NCBI RefSeq assembly: GCF_001194135.2
Contig: NC_068990.1
Coordinates: 5,496,963 to 5,560,962, forward strand
Reading direction: 5' to 3'
DNA length: 64,000 nucleotides
DNA from: Octopus bimaculoides
Lineage: Eukaryota
The position numbers and the translations under genes were made by a program. The notes under the pieces were generated by a model that was not told the origin of the DNA, did no database searches, and saw only the letters and a program-made list of their open reading frames with translations. Shown piece by piece: positions 27,222 through 41,085 of this stretch (position 1 is its first letter; the number at the start of each line of letters is the position of its first letter).

Positions 27222-27766
27222 ACTTAAATGTAAATCCGTTTGAAAGTGAGTTAGAGGTGTGTATAAAGCAAGCAACACAGAAAATAAATTGGATTAAAGA
27301 TAAAAACAAAAGAGGTGTACGTTACAGTGAAATGAGGTAAATAGTATCTAACGATTTAGTCGTATATGGAATATCAATGGTAAACGTATATCGTGAAAGT
27401 ACCCTGAGGAAACGAAAATAAATCAATTAACTGGCGTCAATAGAATAGTGACATTCATTTGAATATTTGTTTTCGAAAACGAAAGGTGATTTCGAAGGCT
27501 TGATTGTGACGCACTTGACCTCTTATTTCAGATGTAGGAACAGATCCAAAATGTCAAATCTTTATATGTTACATGATAACGTATGATAAACTCTTTGAAA
27601 TATGATTGTGAAAATCTACAGAATGACATAAATATTCATAGACGTGGTTAATTTGATAAAGGATATCTTGTATGGGAAATACTTTTCTAGAAAGCAATAA
27701 ATTACAAGCTATAACTCACGTGAATTGTAATTTATACACGTGACCTCTGACCTGCACTTTACTTAC

Positions 27767-27814
27767 CTGACTAACATTTCATAATCTCGTTATAATGCGA
27801 CTTGTTTATTGAAA
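27767..27814 (-). other. Candidate 48-nt exon with consensus splice sites (5' UTR plus start ATG-TTA-GTC-AG, or a stop-containing exon)
   Basis: Acceptor tttctgttgatttcag and donor CAG|GTAAGT. All three through-frames are closed. ATG at 27777 leaves in phase 2. Confidence 0.4.
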
Positions 27815-28268
27815 CTGAAATCAACAGAAACTAAATTAAGTGATCAATTATAATTTGCAATATTGATTTTGGGTCTTTGATAAAAACCAACGCTTTCTTA
27901 GTATTTATTTTACTTATTTACTTTTAATCAAAGAACAAATTAATGAAACCGAAGAGAATGACCAAACATAATATATCAAATCAAAGAAATAAATAAGACT
28001 GTAAAAGAAAACAGATGTAAAGTTTGAAATAAATCATGCATGGGGAGGATACATCACCGTATTAATAGTTGCACTACTTTTTCTTTTTTATCGTTTAAAA
28101 TTGCATTTGTAAACATTAGCGTCGTTTGCTCCATGATCCCATCGGGACACACTATACATTATTTCAAAATGACAAAGAATTATTTGTGCAACTGGCTAAA
28201 TTTTCGGTTTAATTTTCTTATATCTTTTTAAAATGTTGAGGTCATATACAGCAGTGATATATACAGCA

Positions 28269-28347
<79 letters not shown>

Positions 28348-28350
<3 letters not shown>

Positions 28351-28525
28351 TACAAATAAGATGATGATTTATTTCCGAACGTAAAGACGCCGTTAGAACG
28401 GCAGAAACATTACAAAGCGGAAATGTTGGTCAACAAACATCTTTGTAAGGGTAATTTACCCAATATTTCTGCTGTTCTAACGGCGTCTTTACGTTCGGAA
28501 ATAAATCATCATCTTATTTGTATCT
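28348..28525. repeat. Near-perfect foldback inverted repeat (about 60-bp arms)
   Basis: agatacaaataagatgatgatttatttccgaacgtaaagacgccgttagaacggcagaaa versus its reverse complement at 28466-28525, 1 mismatch. Confidence 0.92.
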
Positions 28526-29154
28526 ATATACACATTTCGACGCTTATAAAAAATAATAAAACCAAATGTTAATTTGTTTACTGCAGTAAGAGACATGCAG
28601 ATGGGACCGAGCAGTAAACGAACATCTGAACTACTTAATCGTGACTACTGCATTTTATCAGACATTGGCGAGAACACGGTAAACTATATAGAATTTTCCA
28701 TATACCTATTAACCACAATTTTATTGTGATTTCTTGGTAACAATGCACATATTTATTGCTGCGATTATATATTATATATTTCAACTATTTTGGAATTTTA
28801 TTTGAAAGGTTATAAATGTCTACATTAATTAGATATCTTAGAGTTAGTTATATGTCTATTAATTTTATGCGAAATATATGGACCATCTTCAGTTTCGAAG
28901 ATGAGGATTCAGTTGTTCTTTCAACTAATTTATTCACTCATTGAACTACAGGGTAAAAGGCTGATCGATTTACTGATCAATTTCCCTCTCAAGAGAGGGG
29001 TTGACACAAGGCAAAGCTAAATGTCACTTTTTCAGGATGTACGCATAGTATCGAACTCGCGACATTATAATTACGAAGTGAACTTCTTAAACATTTAGCC
29101 ATGCTGATCTGTTATGCTGTATTTATAATTTATTATAACTGTAAAAAAATATAA

Positions 29155-29340
29155 AGCGGCGAGTTAGCAGAAGAATTAAATCATGGGCTGATTTTAAAGT
29201 TAAAATCTTGTTGAGGTCAACTTTGCCTTTCATACTTTGGGGGTTGATAAAATAGAGAGCCTCTCAAATAATGGGGTCGATGATATCGACTGACATCTGG
29301 TCTCCAAATTGCAGGGTTTGTACCTAAATTCGAAGCCATT
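29155..29340 (+). mobile_element. SINE family B, degenerate
   Basis: gaggtcaactttgcctttcat..ggggttgataaaat..ggggtcgat aligns with 36534-36748. Confidence 0.65.
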
Positions 29341-31884
29341 ATGGTAATTGTAAAACTGGCTGAGTTACTACGAGATGCAGAAATTATTACCTGCTACTGT
29401 TACTATAAATATATATGTTGAATACTATTGTAGTAGTTCTGTAGTAGATGCCAGAGAAACGTACTGAGGATTAAAGCTTGGTTTAAATAATCTTTAATTT
29501 TGGATCATTCATACTTCAGTGTGGAGACTTATAAATGTGGTGAATAGGCAAAGTCATTAGTATCGGAATTGAAATCTCATTGAGATCAACTTTGTCTCTG
29601 ATCTTGGGGACAATTAGTAAAATACTAGACTAGTATTCATTTCGCATATTCCCTCTAACATACCTCACTTCTTCTCCCTTTTCTTCCTTTCTCTCTATTC
29701 TTCCTTTCTCTTCTCCTTCACTCCCCCTTCTGTCTCCACTCTCTCTCCACCGTCTTTGGAAGAAATGGCCCGTTTTGAAACTTAGAGAGAGAAGAGTTCC
29801 GCTTGAACTTAAGTCACGATGCTGTCCATACGAGAGCCCTCACGCACTCACACATAAAATGATTAAAGCAATAATGTTTTTCTATGTATAACATGGATAT
29901 ATTAGTAAAACTCTTTTCCTCCCCGAGATATTACTAGAGGAGAAGTTGTAGTTAGCTGGGCAAATTAGCAAAACACCAATTATCTTTAAAATAATCTAAA
30001 ACAATTTTGTTGTACTAACATGTTACAACCATTGACCAAATCATTAATATTTAAGCATCTTAGCCATATGTAATGCAGACGTGCTGAGTAAGTTAATGGT
30101 ATTTCTCGTTTATATTATCCAATCAATCGTCTTAAAAGTTAGGTTATTTCATAAGAAAATATATCAGCAAAAAATTTGTTGCAAAAGTTATCTCTCGGAG
30201 AAAGAAAAACACAAAATAAGATATTCGAGCATATAAAAGGAGAAAAAAGATGTTAACAAAGAAACAGTTGAAAATATAATACTAAGCTATAATATATATT
30301 GTTATTCTATTGACAATTTTAGCAATGCAATTTTACAAATTCCCCGATGTAATATTAACCTGATAAAGAATCAATAGGATTCCTGGTTACTTTTGCTCTA
30401 AGGTGCTGTCTTTTGACATATTTATTCTGCATACACAAAACCTATAGGTCAACTTATTCTGCATCAATGTACACACAAAGTTTACACTGCCTCGATGCTC
30501 TTTACACGGATGTCCAACGTAACTATATATGTTCTAACTGACATAGTGGTACAAGCTTTTGACACTTGTTTTAAATACGAGATTAAAGCAAAAGTTGTTC
30601 TTGAATCTTCTGCTTCATAGAACGTCACAGTCTTAACAAGTGTTGTATCATGAAAATAAAAGAATTCCTTTTATTCATATTTGTTCGACATATGTTGTAC
30701 ACACAAACCAATCGATTTAACTGAATATCTAACAACGTACATGTCTTTAATTCTTTTCCTCTCTTTCTTCGCTGTTCCTGGCAACACACATATACACATG
30801 CTTACAATTATAGTATTGACGTGCATGCATATATATATATATATATATATANNNNNNNNNNNNNNNNNNNNNNNNNNNNNNNNNNNNNNNNNNNNNNNNN
30901 NNNNNNNNNNNNNNNNNNNNNNNNNNNNNNNNNNNNNNNNNNNNNNNNNNNNNNNNNNNNNNNNNNNNNNNNNNNNNNNNNNNNNNNNNNNNNNNNNNNN
31001 NNNNNNNNNNNNNNNNNNNNNNNNNNNNNNNNNNNNNNNNNNNNNNNNNNNNNNNNNNNNNNNNNNNNNNNNNNNNNNNNNNNNNNNNNNNNNNNNNNNN
31101 NNNNNNNNNNNNNNNNNNNNNNNNNNNNNNNNNNNNNNNTATATATACATACACACATATGCATTCATATACATGCATACTAAGAACATTGTCTGCCGAG
31201 AGGTACTGACTTGAAGGAGTGGAGTGTTTTCAGAAATTCTGGAGGCCCTTGATTGCATTAGGTATGTATCCTTAGTTTACACACATATATATATATATAT
31301 ATATATCATGAATATCTTTCAAAAGACGAAACTATTTATATGTGGCATGTATTATATAGTTTTGTATATATATATATATATATATAGGTCTATTGATTTC
31401 TGTATTCATATTGGAGGAAACTAGAATGGCTCTATGTTGGGAGCGGAGAGTACCAGGGACTGGTTGGCATTGGTAATCTTTGCACACATGGTGGACACTC
31501 CCAAATAACTCTATGTGTTGTTTATTTTCCCACCGTTTGGGTACTGTATGTTAAAAAAAAGGATAGAATTAATAGCTAAATTTAATGTATTTGTAAATAG
31601 AACTGTACAAATATACGCAATTTTAGTATTTGCTGCCTAAGTATCTCATTCCATTACATATGTAGAAATTTCAATTTCTCCTTTCTTCAATGCGTTATTT
31701 TTATAATACATATATGTAGAAAAAGTTTATCATTTACTCAACATTCTATTAAGCGGTTCGTGGAAATTCCACGGGTCCCGCTAATAAATATCATTGTAAC
31801 ATATATACAGTTATTATACTATGAGCCCTCCATACTAGCTTTCGGCTTTGTTTATAAAATTATTATTTATGTAATATATATATA

Positions 31885-32850
31885 TTCTTTTATATGTTTC
31901 AGTCCTGAAGCTGTGGCCATGCTGAGGCACCGCCAGTGTAATCATCTTTTAATTGGTCAATTCCATGGGATTGGCTTTGGTGTTGGAAGAAGTTCGATAT
32001 CGCTGCCCTCTTGAGTTTCCTGCCTTGATATTGGTTCATCTGGGATATTGAATAGCAAGAGGTCAAGTTGTTTCTTGAAGACGTCGACCCCCACTCCATG
32101 GAGATCCCTTAGGTGTTTTGGCAAGGCGTTAAATAGCTGTGTGTCCTTCAATCCCAATCTATTGCAGTACATGTTCCTCATGTTTGATGAGACAGCTGGG
32201 ACTTTTGGAACAGTACAGTGACGTCCAGTTCGGGTCTGGTATACCTCGCAGTTCCAGAGTTTGCTGCCCGCCCCTCCAGTATCTTCCACAAAAATACATG
32301 GCTGCATACTCCAGGGAGTAGAGTCCTAGCTCTTTCAGTGTCTCTCAGTAGGTCAGCTGTTCCATTGATGCAATCTTCCTCGCGTAGTATCGCTGAACCG
32401 CCTCAAGTTCTGCTATTAATCCTGCACTGTAAAGTGACCACAGTTGAGAGCAGTAGTCCAGACGGCTGACGACAAATATCCTCCTTAGGAACAGCATGGT
32501 GTCCTGGCCTCACGTTTTGAAGGTTTTCAGAATCCATCCGGCCATTCGCCTGCACACTGCCACCATCTTGGTAACACGCATGTGAAACGAGGCATCGTTG
32601 CTCATATCAATCCCAAGATCACGCACCGTATGTGATTCTATGGTTACCGCTTCTTATTCAACCACTCTGCAGTTTTCCTGGTTATGCCGAGTCTCCGTAG
32701 TTTGTGACATATCTCATGATCAACCTTATCAAAGGCCTTTGCAAAATCGTGATATATCACATCCACGTTTATGCAATTCATTAAGTGTTTCAATACCCAG
32801 TCATAGTGTTGCAAAAGCTGTGTAAGGCAACTTCTTCCAGAGCGAAATGC
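31885..32850 (-). mobile_element. CR1-clade LINE 3' fragment with an internal deletion
   Basis: LTQLL..VDVIYHDFAKAFDKVDH (RT) joins directly to VRDLGI, SRLDYCSQLWS, LEAVQR, LKELGLYSLE and LFNALPKHLRDL..FKKQLD..IPDEP. The central YADD region is absent (junction about 32645). Confidence 0.88.
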
Positions 32851-32864
32851 ATATATATTTATAA

Positions 32865-32914
<50 letters not shown>

Positions 32915-33119
32915 TANNNNNNNNNNNNNNNNNNNNNNNNNNNNNNNNNNNNNNNNNNNNNNNNNNNNNNNNNNNNNNNNNNNNNNNNNNNNNNNNNNNN
33001 NNNNNNNNNNNNNNNNNNNNNNNNNNNNNNNNNNNNNNNNNNNNNNNNNNNNNNNNNNNNNNNNNNNNNNNNNNNNNNNNNNNNNNNNNNNNNNNNNNNN
33101 NNNNNNNNNNNNNNNNNNN

Positions 33120-33159
<40 letters not shown>

Positions 33160-33187
33160 GCACATACATATATATATATAAAGATAG

Positions 33188-33219
<32 letters not shown>

Positions 33220-33368
33220 AAGAGAGACAGATAGACATATGTGGGCACAGGACGTCACGAAACGTATACAACAAAAAATTAGAAAGCACGAGTGCATGGA
33301 ACATGAATTATTCTTTCAAGGTCAGTAAAATAACGTACTAGTCAGATATTAGGGCTGGGATATAACTA

Positions 33369-33439
33369 ATTACCTTCCCCTCTTAAGATTTAAGACTTGT
33401 GCCAGGCACAAGTCCTAAATCTTAAGAGTGGAAGGTAAT
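33369..33439. repeat. 71-bp near-perfect palindrome
   Basis: attaccttcccctcttaagatttaagacttgtgcc-a-ggcacaagtcctaaatcttaagagtggaaggtaat: 35-bp arms, 2 mismatches. Confidence 0.92.
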
Positions 33440-33595
33440 GTGCCTGTCAAAAATCAATTTAGTCTACAGTTCTTCTACAGAAATTGCGTCTTGTATCTAA
33501 GCAAAACCTGTATTAATTATTGTAGTTATGAGAATGGTAGTGGAAAGGTAGAATTGACAGCTATATACCTTACAGCGTTCATTTTCATCACTCAC

Positions 33596-33615
33596 CGGTG
33601 AAACTAGCGTAGTGT
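33596..33615 (-). other. Candidate micro-exon (20 nt, or 42 nt to the donor after 33574)
   Basis: Acceptor ttgatttattttcgatag; donors G|GTGAGT and T|GTAAGG; two frames open (HYASFT or TTLVSP..). Confidence 0.25.
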
Positions 33616-34078
33616 CTATCGAAAATAAATCAACATAGAAAAAGCTACTATATCGCCATGGAATCCACGGAAAAAACTTTTTAAAAGCAATCATGCATTA
33701 TTGAGGTGTGATGTAATGCTGTTTGTCAAGAATAAAGATCAAATAAATAAAGTCGTCCTTCATGAAATTCTGTACAAAAACATACAGATGATCGATGCTG
33801 TTGCTAGGAGGAAACTGGAAGGGTTTTGGCAACGAAACAAGAGAGGACATATAGGAAAGAATTGGACGGATATTAGCAGTGAATGAATCTATTAACAAAA
33901 TACAAAAACAGGGTAAATTTAACACACCGTACACGTAATTCTTTCTCCTCTAGAACACTCATATGCAAATGTATAAAGTGAAATAAATACACATAAATAC
34001 ATTTTGTATATATGTGTTGTATGTATATATGCATATATATATTTGAGATACGTCATATATAGATACACGTTTGTGTGC

Positions 34079-34112
<34 letters not shown>

Positions 34113-34859
34113 NNNNNNNNNNNNNNNNNNNNNNNNNNNNNNNNNNNNNNNNNNNNNNNNNNNNNNNNNNNNNNNNNNNNNNNNNNNNNNNNNNNNNNNN
34201 NNNNNNNNNNNNNNNNNNNNNNNNNNNNNNNNNNNNNNNNNNNNNNNNNNNNNNNNNNNNNNNNNNNNNNNNNNNNNNNNNNNNNNNNNNNNNNTGTGTG
34301 TGTGTGTGTGTGTGTCTGCGTGTGGCTGTGTGTGCATATACGTATATACACTTATATACAAGAGAGAGATTTCTGAATTGAATAAGATCAAGGAAACTAA
34401 CATGAAAAGCAATACGTAGAAAGTAATATATTCCAGGGTGATGCTGTAATCTAAACTGAATCGAAGAAACAAGTCTTGAGATTCTGGTTTATTGACCACG
34501 CTTCTTACAAGAAATTCCATTTAAAGATGAACAGGTTAATTTAGATAAGGACTTTTAAGATGTAATGGTCATGCATACAAATACATATCACAAAAATATA
34601 TCAGCTATATATCATACATTTTCTACGAAAGGACAGGATTAATTGGTCGTTTATATAATCACATGAGTGAAGATTTTTGAATTTTAGCACACCCTTTCTT
34701 CAAGCTACGTTTTATTTTCATTTTCGAGTTATAGTTAGTTTGGTGTGCATTATATCATCGAGTTTTAGCCAGGCTTACTTACTCTTCGTCTTTCATCCTA
34801 TTCAGAATCATACGTCTATTTTTCCTCCTCTAGTGTATTTTCTTCTCATTTTATCAAGT

Positions 34860-34902
<43 letters not shown>
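34860..34902. repeat. (CTA)n microsatellite
   Basis: Seen directly. Confidence 0.95.
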
Positions 34903-34904
<2 letters not shown>

Positions 34905-35194
34905 TTCTCTTACTCTTCGTCTTATTTTTAGGAACGATCAAATTGTGAAGTTTGACACTGAGTTAGGAGAATCGTTAGAGCGCTGGCTGTGACATTATTT
35001 CCGGCTTACTGTAGCCATAGTTCAAATCCAGCTGAAGTCGACTTCACCTTTCAACATTCCTAGTTCGGCAAATAATGAACCAGTACTGGTTTCTTCCTCC
35101 CTCTCTCTCTCTCTCTCTCTTTCTTTCTTTACGTCTCGGCTTTTCGGAAAGAAAGTGACTATATTCAGACTTGGAGTAGAGTGATTCCCAATAG

Positions 35195-35490
35195 AAATAC
35201 CCAAGAACAGCCTGCTCGTGAAATTAACGTGCAAGTGGCTGAGCACTCCACAGACACGTGTACCCTTAACGTAGTTCTCGGGGAGATTCAGCGCGATACA
35301 GTGTGACAAGGCTGGCCATTTGAAATAGTGGTACAAGAGAAACAGGAAGAAAGAGTGAGAGAAAGTTGTGGTGAAACAGTACAGCAGGGTTCACCACCAA
35401 CCCCTGCCGGTGCCACGTGGAGCTTTAGGTGTTTTCGCGATCCTACAACCGCAGGTCCGTTGCCTTAACCACTGGGTTATTGCGCCTCCA
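35195..35490 (-). mobile_element. SINE family C copy with deletions
   Basis: gaacagcctgctcgtgaaattaacgtgcaagtggctgagcactccacagacacgtgta is identical to the 26836-27221 copy. Confidence 0.88.
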
Positions 35491-35519
35491 CATAAAGAAA
35501 TTACTGGCGGAATGAAAGC

Positions 35520-35660
35520 AAATAATGTTTTCAAAGTTTGGCACAAGGCCAGCAATTTCGGGAAGCGGCTAAGTCTATTACGTCACCTCCAGTGCTCAAC
35601 TTCATTTGTCGACTCTGATTTGATGAAATGCAAAGTCGACCTCGGCGTAAAAATATATAT
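35520..35660 (-). mobile_element. SINE family B, partial
   Basis: tttggcacaaggccagcaatttcggg..aagtcgacctcggcg is the reverse complement of the family B body. Confidence 0.75.
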
Positions 35661-36533
35661 AGATATCTTAAAAACTAGCAAAATTTTGTGCATCCTGTTC
35701 TACTAATCATACTTGAGTTTAACAAAATTATGAATAAAACGTTCTTTTTCAAAATCCTCAGTTACTACTTTAAACGCCGGTGACACTCCTAAATTCCTCT
35801 TGAGGTATTGTGAACCATTAAACTAATGCAAACATACTTAGTGAAGTTTATACGTGTCTATAATATAAATGAGGCTTTGAATACAGAAGTCGGCAACAAA
35901 TATTCCTTAAGTATACTTACTCAAAACGGACTGGAGTGACAGAACAACAACACTAATATAATATTCATTCCTTTTTATATTGCCACTGCTGATCGTAATG
36001 GTGAACCTTTATTCCTATGCGATGCTTGGAGGTGGACCGGAAGCACATGGACAGAATAAGAAAATTATGTGCTTACGATTTGTTCTCTTTCGAGAGTCTT
36101 CTAACACAATTCATGTTTTCAATGCACTTAAAGAATCATCTGATCATGGTTTATGTTATTCAGCAGATTCTAGCTCTTGGTTTATGAGCCAGTAATTCAA
36201 TACTCTGACTGGTTGTTGTTACTTCACGTAAAATTTCTAAGAATCCTCAACTTATATTAGTTGACAATAGCCAGTCCCAGTTTTGCGATGCAGATAATAA
36301 TTCCAGGAAAGCGAGTAATTATGTTAAAATTATGTTAAAATTATTGATCTTAAATTAGAAGACTCCACATTAACTTTATGTTGAATAAAATTATAATGAT
36401 TCTAATCAAATAAATTCAATGAAAAACTATATCCTTTATTTATATATTCGGTTTCTTACGAAAAGGAAAGCAAAGTTATAACATATTTGGAGATGTGATT
36501 ATCGATGAAATGGACTGTAATATTTGGCAACTT

Positions 36534-36748
36534 GAAGGTGGCGAGTTGGCTGAACCGTTAGGACGCCGGACAAAATTCTTAGCGGTATTTCGTCCGTCTT
36601 CACATTCTGAATTCAAATTCCACCGAGTTCTATTTTACCTTTCATCCTCTCGGGGTTGATGAAAATAAGTACCAGTTGAGTACTGGGATCGATGTAAATC
36701 AACTTACCCTCTTCCGAAATTGCTGGCCTTGTGCCAAAATTTTAAATC
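36534..36748 (+). mobile_element. SINE family B, full length
   Basis: tRNA-like head with B-box (gaattcaaattcc); 15-bp TSD aatatttggcaactt (36519-33, 36749-63). Confidence 0.9.
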
Positions 36749-39607
36749 AATATTTGGCAACTTAAGTTATCAGCACTCAAAGGAAGAAAGAAAAAGTTGA
36801 CCTCGATCAGATTTGAATACAAATTGTTAGAAAGATCTACCTCAATATTCAAAGTTATTTAGTCCAACGCCTTGATAATTGAGTCAATCTATTCAATATT
36901 CAGGGATACAGATTTGTATTAATTAAAACTTGTACATAATAGTAAATTCTTCAATGGAGGAAATAAATTAATTATGTTGACTGTTGTTGGTTGAAATAGA
37001 GAACTCAATTTCTGCAGTGAATGCGAGCGTACAGTTAGTGATTTAACACTTCAACTGCATTTTAATGCTGCAACAAATGAAATTAGGTAGATTACATTTG
37101 CTCAAAATAAATGTAGAGGATTGTGCTAAAACGTCTCCACACAGAATAGGCTTTTATCACACACCAGACATTATCCAGGAATCTCAATTAAAACGATAGT
37201 CCACATCTAATGGTAAGACAAACGTAGATGATATGTGGATTCAGATTTAATACCTATAATTAATGATTATCTAATATCAGTTCTCAGCATCTCAGTAAAA
37301 TGAGGTAAACATAGAATATAGGTTTCTACCCACAAACATGACGCCAACAGTGAAATTGAATTCATAAGCCACAACACAGTCCTCTCACTTCTACAGCCAA
37401 CCTCTTATAATGTAGCTACATTTAACTAGCTACTATATTCTTCTACCTAAACTACTAGTGTGATTGTCATTCATGTGTTATTAGCGTTTACAAAAGATGC
37501 ACAACGCTCCTGTCGCACGTAATGCTAATTTGAATTGATGGGAAGAACAAACATCTGATAGATGTATTGTGCACTGATGAGTGTCCTCTCCTATCATATT
37601 GGACATGTTCTTTCTGTGCACGAAATTGCAACTGCAAGTTGGCATTGTTCTAAATCAATAACTCAGTGAGTTGCTGTCCAATGTATTTTACCAGGATACA
37701 TCTCGCTAGTCATTGATAAAGTGAAACAGAAAAATAAATATATTTCACCTTCCATCCACGACTATCACCACCTCCAGCACAATTTGTAACAAGTTTCCAA
37801 TAAATGTCCTTCTTTCACCTGCATCTTAAATAAAATTAACTCCATCCACACAACGTAAATTGTGATTTATAATAATACTATGGATATTCAACAGTTTCGA
37901 TAAATGGTTAAGCTGAACATTGTAACATCACCTTCAGTTGTCACATTTAAAGAGCTAGAAAACAACTGTTATTTCCAAAGAAAGTAGTTTCTTTATATTA
38001 AATTAGGCAAATAAATAGATAAATAGCAATATAAAAAAAAATCGAGTGAATTTTCGAGTTTTTAAATTCTAATTTGTTATTTTTCTTTCCTTCTTAAATT
38101 AACACAAGGCCACATACTTGTAGAGAAATTGTAGCATCTACTAAGTATATTCTAGGATATAGCAAGCAATTATTTTCTCGAGCCCGGAGGGGAGAACTGC
38201 AAATTCGATAGGATTAGACCTCTGAAGAAGTTGTACACCCCGTTTATATTTATGACAATTAATTCGCTTATATTTGAAAATTTATAATGACTTCTTACAT
38301 TGGATACTACTGAAATGGGTATATATAGCCACAGGTAGAATATTGCATTTATTTTTCTCGACACTAACAGGAAAAACACAAAATATGGGGCTTGAATGAT
38401 TCAAGCAAACTAAATATTGTGAATTATTTGTTTCAACCTCTATTAATTCTGATACACGACAACCCCTTTAAAATATTATTAATAGCTCACATTTGAGACT
38501 TTTGATTGAGTAGACTCTTAGACGAAATACATTACATTATTTTCCATCATCTATTCAAACTTCTTAATTCAAATCCCACCATCGCGGTTTACTTTAACCC
38601 ACTTCGTTGTTTAATATATAACATCGGCTGAAATTCAATAAAATCTTCGAAAGTAACACGAAAAGGAAAAACCGAATTAATGTAAATTATAAATATAATA
38701 AACTTAATAAAATAGTGCAAGTAACAAGGCAAAATAGCAAAATATTCTCGAACACTCGATCAAATTTACGTTTTCCATTTTCTTTTTTTAAATGACATTT
38801 AATTCCAGCGAACAGATATTTGCCAACATGATGAGATTTTACTTCACAACGGAGCTGATGTAATCTATTTTAGTGCTGAAATTAACAGAGAAATAGAGGT
38901 ACAACGAATGAGAGAAATAATCGAAGAGAAAGTAAGAGAATATCTGTATATAGTCTTGAGTTTTAACACAGTTTGATCACATTTACTTTTCTTAAAAGAC
39001 ATTTAATTCTAGCGACTAGATATTTACCATCAAGATGAATTTGTAGTTCAGAATAGATTTGATGTAATCCGTTTTAAAGCTGAAATTCATGGGGAAATAG
39101 TGACACAACAAATCAGAAAACACAAATAAACATATATGTATACTTGAGTTTGAATGGGTATAGATCACATCTGAATCAATGTAACATTATTATGCTATTT
39201 ATCTATGAGAGAAAAGTAGAAAGACGAGGTTCTACTAGAGAAAGAGGCGATTATCCGCCCTTCATTATCGGCACTGTGAAAAGAAAGTGACAGAATATTA
39301 ACGCTCAAATGAAAATAATACACCTATGTGTAAACAGACTATGAAATGCTGTAGAAGAGATCATTGCAGTAAATAGCACGAACATCTGCAAAAATATTAA
39401 TGAATTTTTATATTGGTATGAATCTCCTCTCTTGCAGCAGAAAATATAAAAAAGATGAAGTGTGTGGCTGTATAGTTTCCTCTGAAACCATGTAGATCCC
39501 AGCTCGACTTCTTTACGCGGCACGTTGGGCAGGTGTCTTCGGTTTGATCAATAATTTCGTAGACGAAAATTTTATATATTAGCGACAGAAGTTTGTATTA
39601 ATGCCGA

Positions 39608-39804
39608 GAGGTAATATTTATTCCCACTTAAACGTAGATGTTCTGTCTTATAGAAACTGTTTTATAGGCTTTTGGTGCAGAATGCAACCAACAAGCGTAC
39701 ATTCTGCACCAAAATCCTGTATCGGAGTTTTTCTCATGGAATCTACCGCAATAAAGTTTGTTATAACTGAACGTCCACGTTTAAGTGAGAATAAATATTA
39801 CCTC
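39608..39804. mobile_element. Foldback MITE
   Basis: 28-bp TIR gaggtaatatttattcccacttaaacgt / acgtttaagtgagaataaatattacctc, plus a perfect inner 15-bp IR (39670-84 / 39700-14). Confidence 0.8.
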
Positions 39805-40896
39805 AAGAAAACTTTAATACTATATATTTTGCTTTAGGTAATGAGTTAACTTTCTCCCATCTGTAAAACCAACTTTAACCGTGTACGTGCGAGCATCTTT
39901 CGCTGATGTATATTAACGAACCATGTAAACATTGTCGAGTAAAACGAATAAACGGACGTTTTCTAATGAATGTATTTACGAGGTTTTTTTTCAAAACAGA
40001 GCTTGATTTTCCCTCGCCAGAAACATAAAACTTGGAATTGTTTCGTTGTAAACAGGCAAACAAACGTCTTATTGTTCCCAGTTATGCTATAAAATAATAT
40101 TTACATAAGAAAACATCTCTATAAATCATGTGCTCATTTTATCGGCATAGAAGTGTGGAAGACAGATTCGACATCCCATGCGTGCATTAAATTTAAAAAA
40201 GATAAAACTAAATAATGATTCTTTTTTTTTTTTTCTATTTGCTGTAGCCCAAGTCTACAAGTTTATTAGAGTGGGCGAAATTGCGTGAGTGTATGTTAAG
40301 AGGTGGTATACTGAAATTTCTTCCTCCGTATATTTCACCGATACTCATTTCATTCACTGATAGGAATGACAAGGCAAAGTTAATATTACTGGGATTTGAA
40401 CAGAGAACATCACTAAATCCGTGGTGAAGTTTCTACGGGAAGTCCTTGTCAAGTTACGAGGCTGGTATAATTGACTTTCTCCTCTACAAAAGTTTCTGGT
40501 ACAGTGCTTAGGTTAGAAAATCATTTATCAACCACAGAAATATGAACAACAAAGCTTGTCTTGACGGAAGTAAAAGTTAGAATGTAAGGAAGCGTAAATA
40601 CTGAATGACAAATTGTCTACCACTGCGCAATGCTGTCAAATACACTGTTATAATATGGCATTTCATTTTCTGCTCTACTCTGTCATTCCACTACATTTTT
40701 AAAAACAGCTTTTTTTTCGTTAGCTACAGTGCTAATGTCAAACTTTCCTATGGACAGGAAAGCTCGTCGAAAGAATGTGCTCATTACTAAGGTCACTGGT
40801 ATTTTAATTACAACCACTTTCACTGACGTGCGCCATTTAAAATATATTAACCATATTAAACGAACCGTATGTTATGTCCATCGTCAAGATATGTAA

Positions 40897-40970
<74 letters not shown>

Positions 40971-41085
40971 CAATAATTATAACGTTATAGAACATGGATA
41001 CTTGTTCATCCTCAAAATTATTTCCTCTTATTTTACACTTTTATACAGCATATTTTTATGGCCTTCATGATCTACACGTGCTTAC

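Noticed and set aside
37480-37760. Possible Tc1/mariner transposase remnant (MYPGKIH..GQQLTE)
   Set aside because: Similarity too weak and no TIRs identified.
40228-40264. Plus-strand 37-nt exon-like segment with strong acceptor and GTGAGT donor
   Set aside because: Isolated; the acceptor is a poly-T run; no consistent plus-strand chain found.
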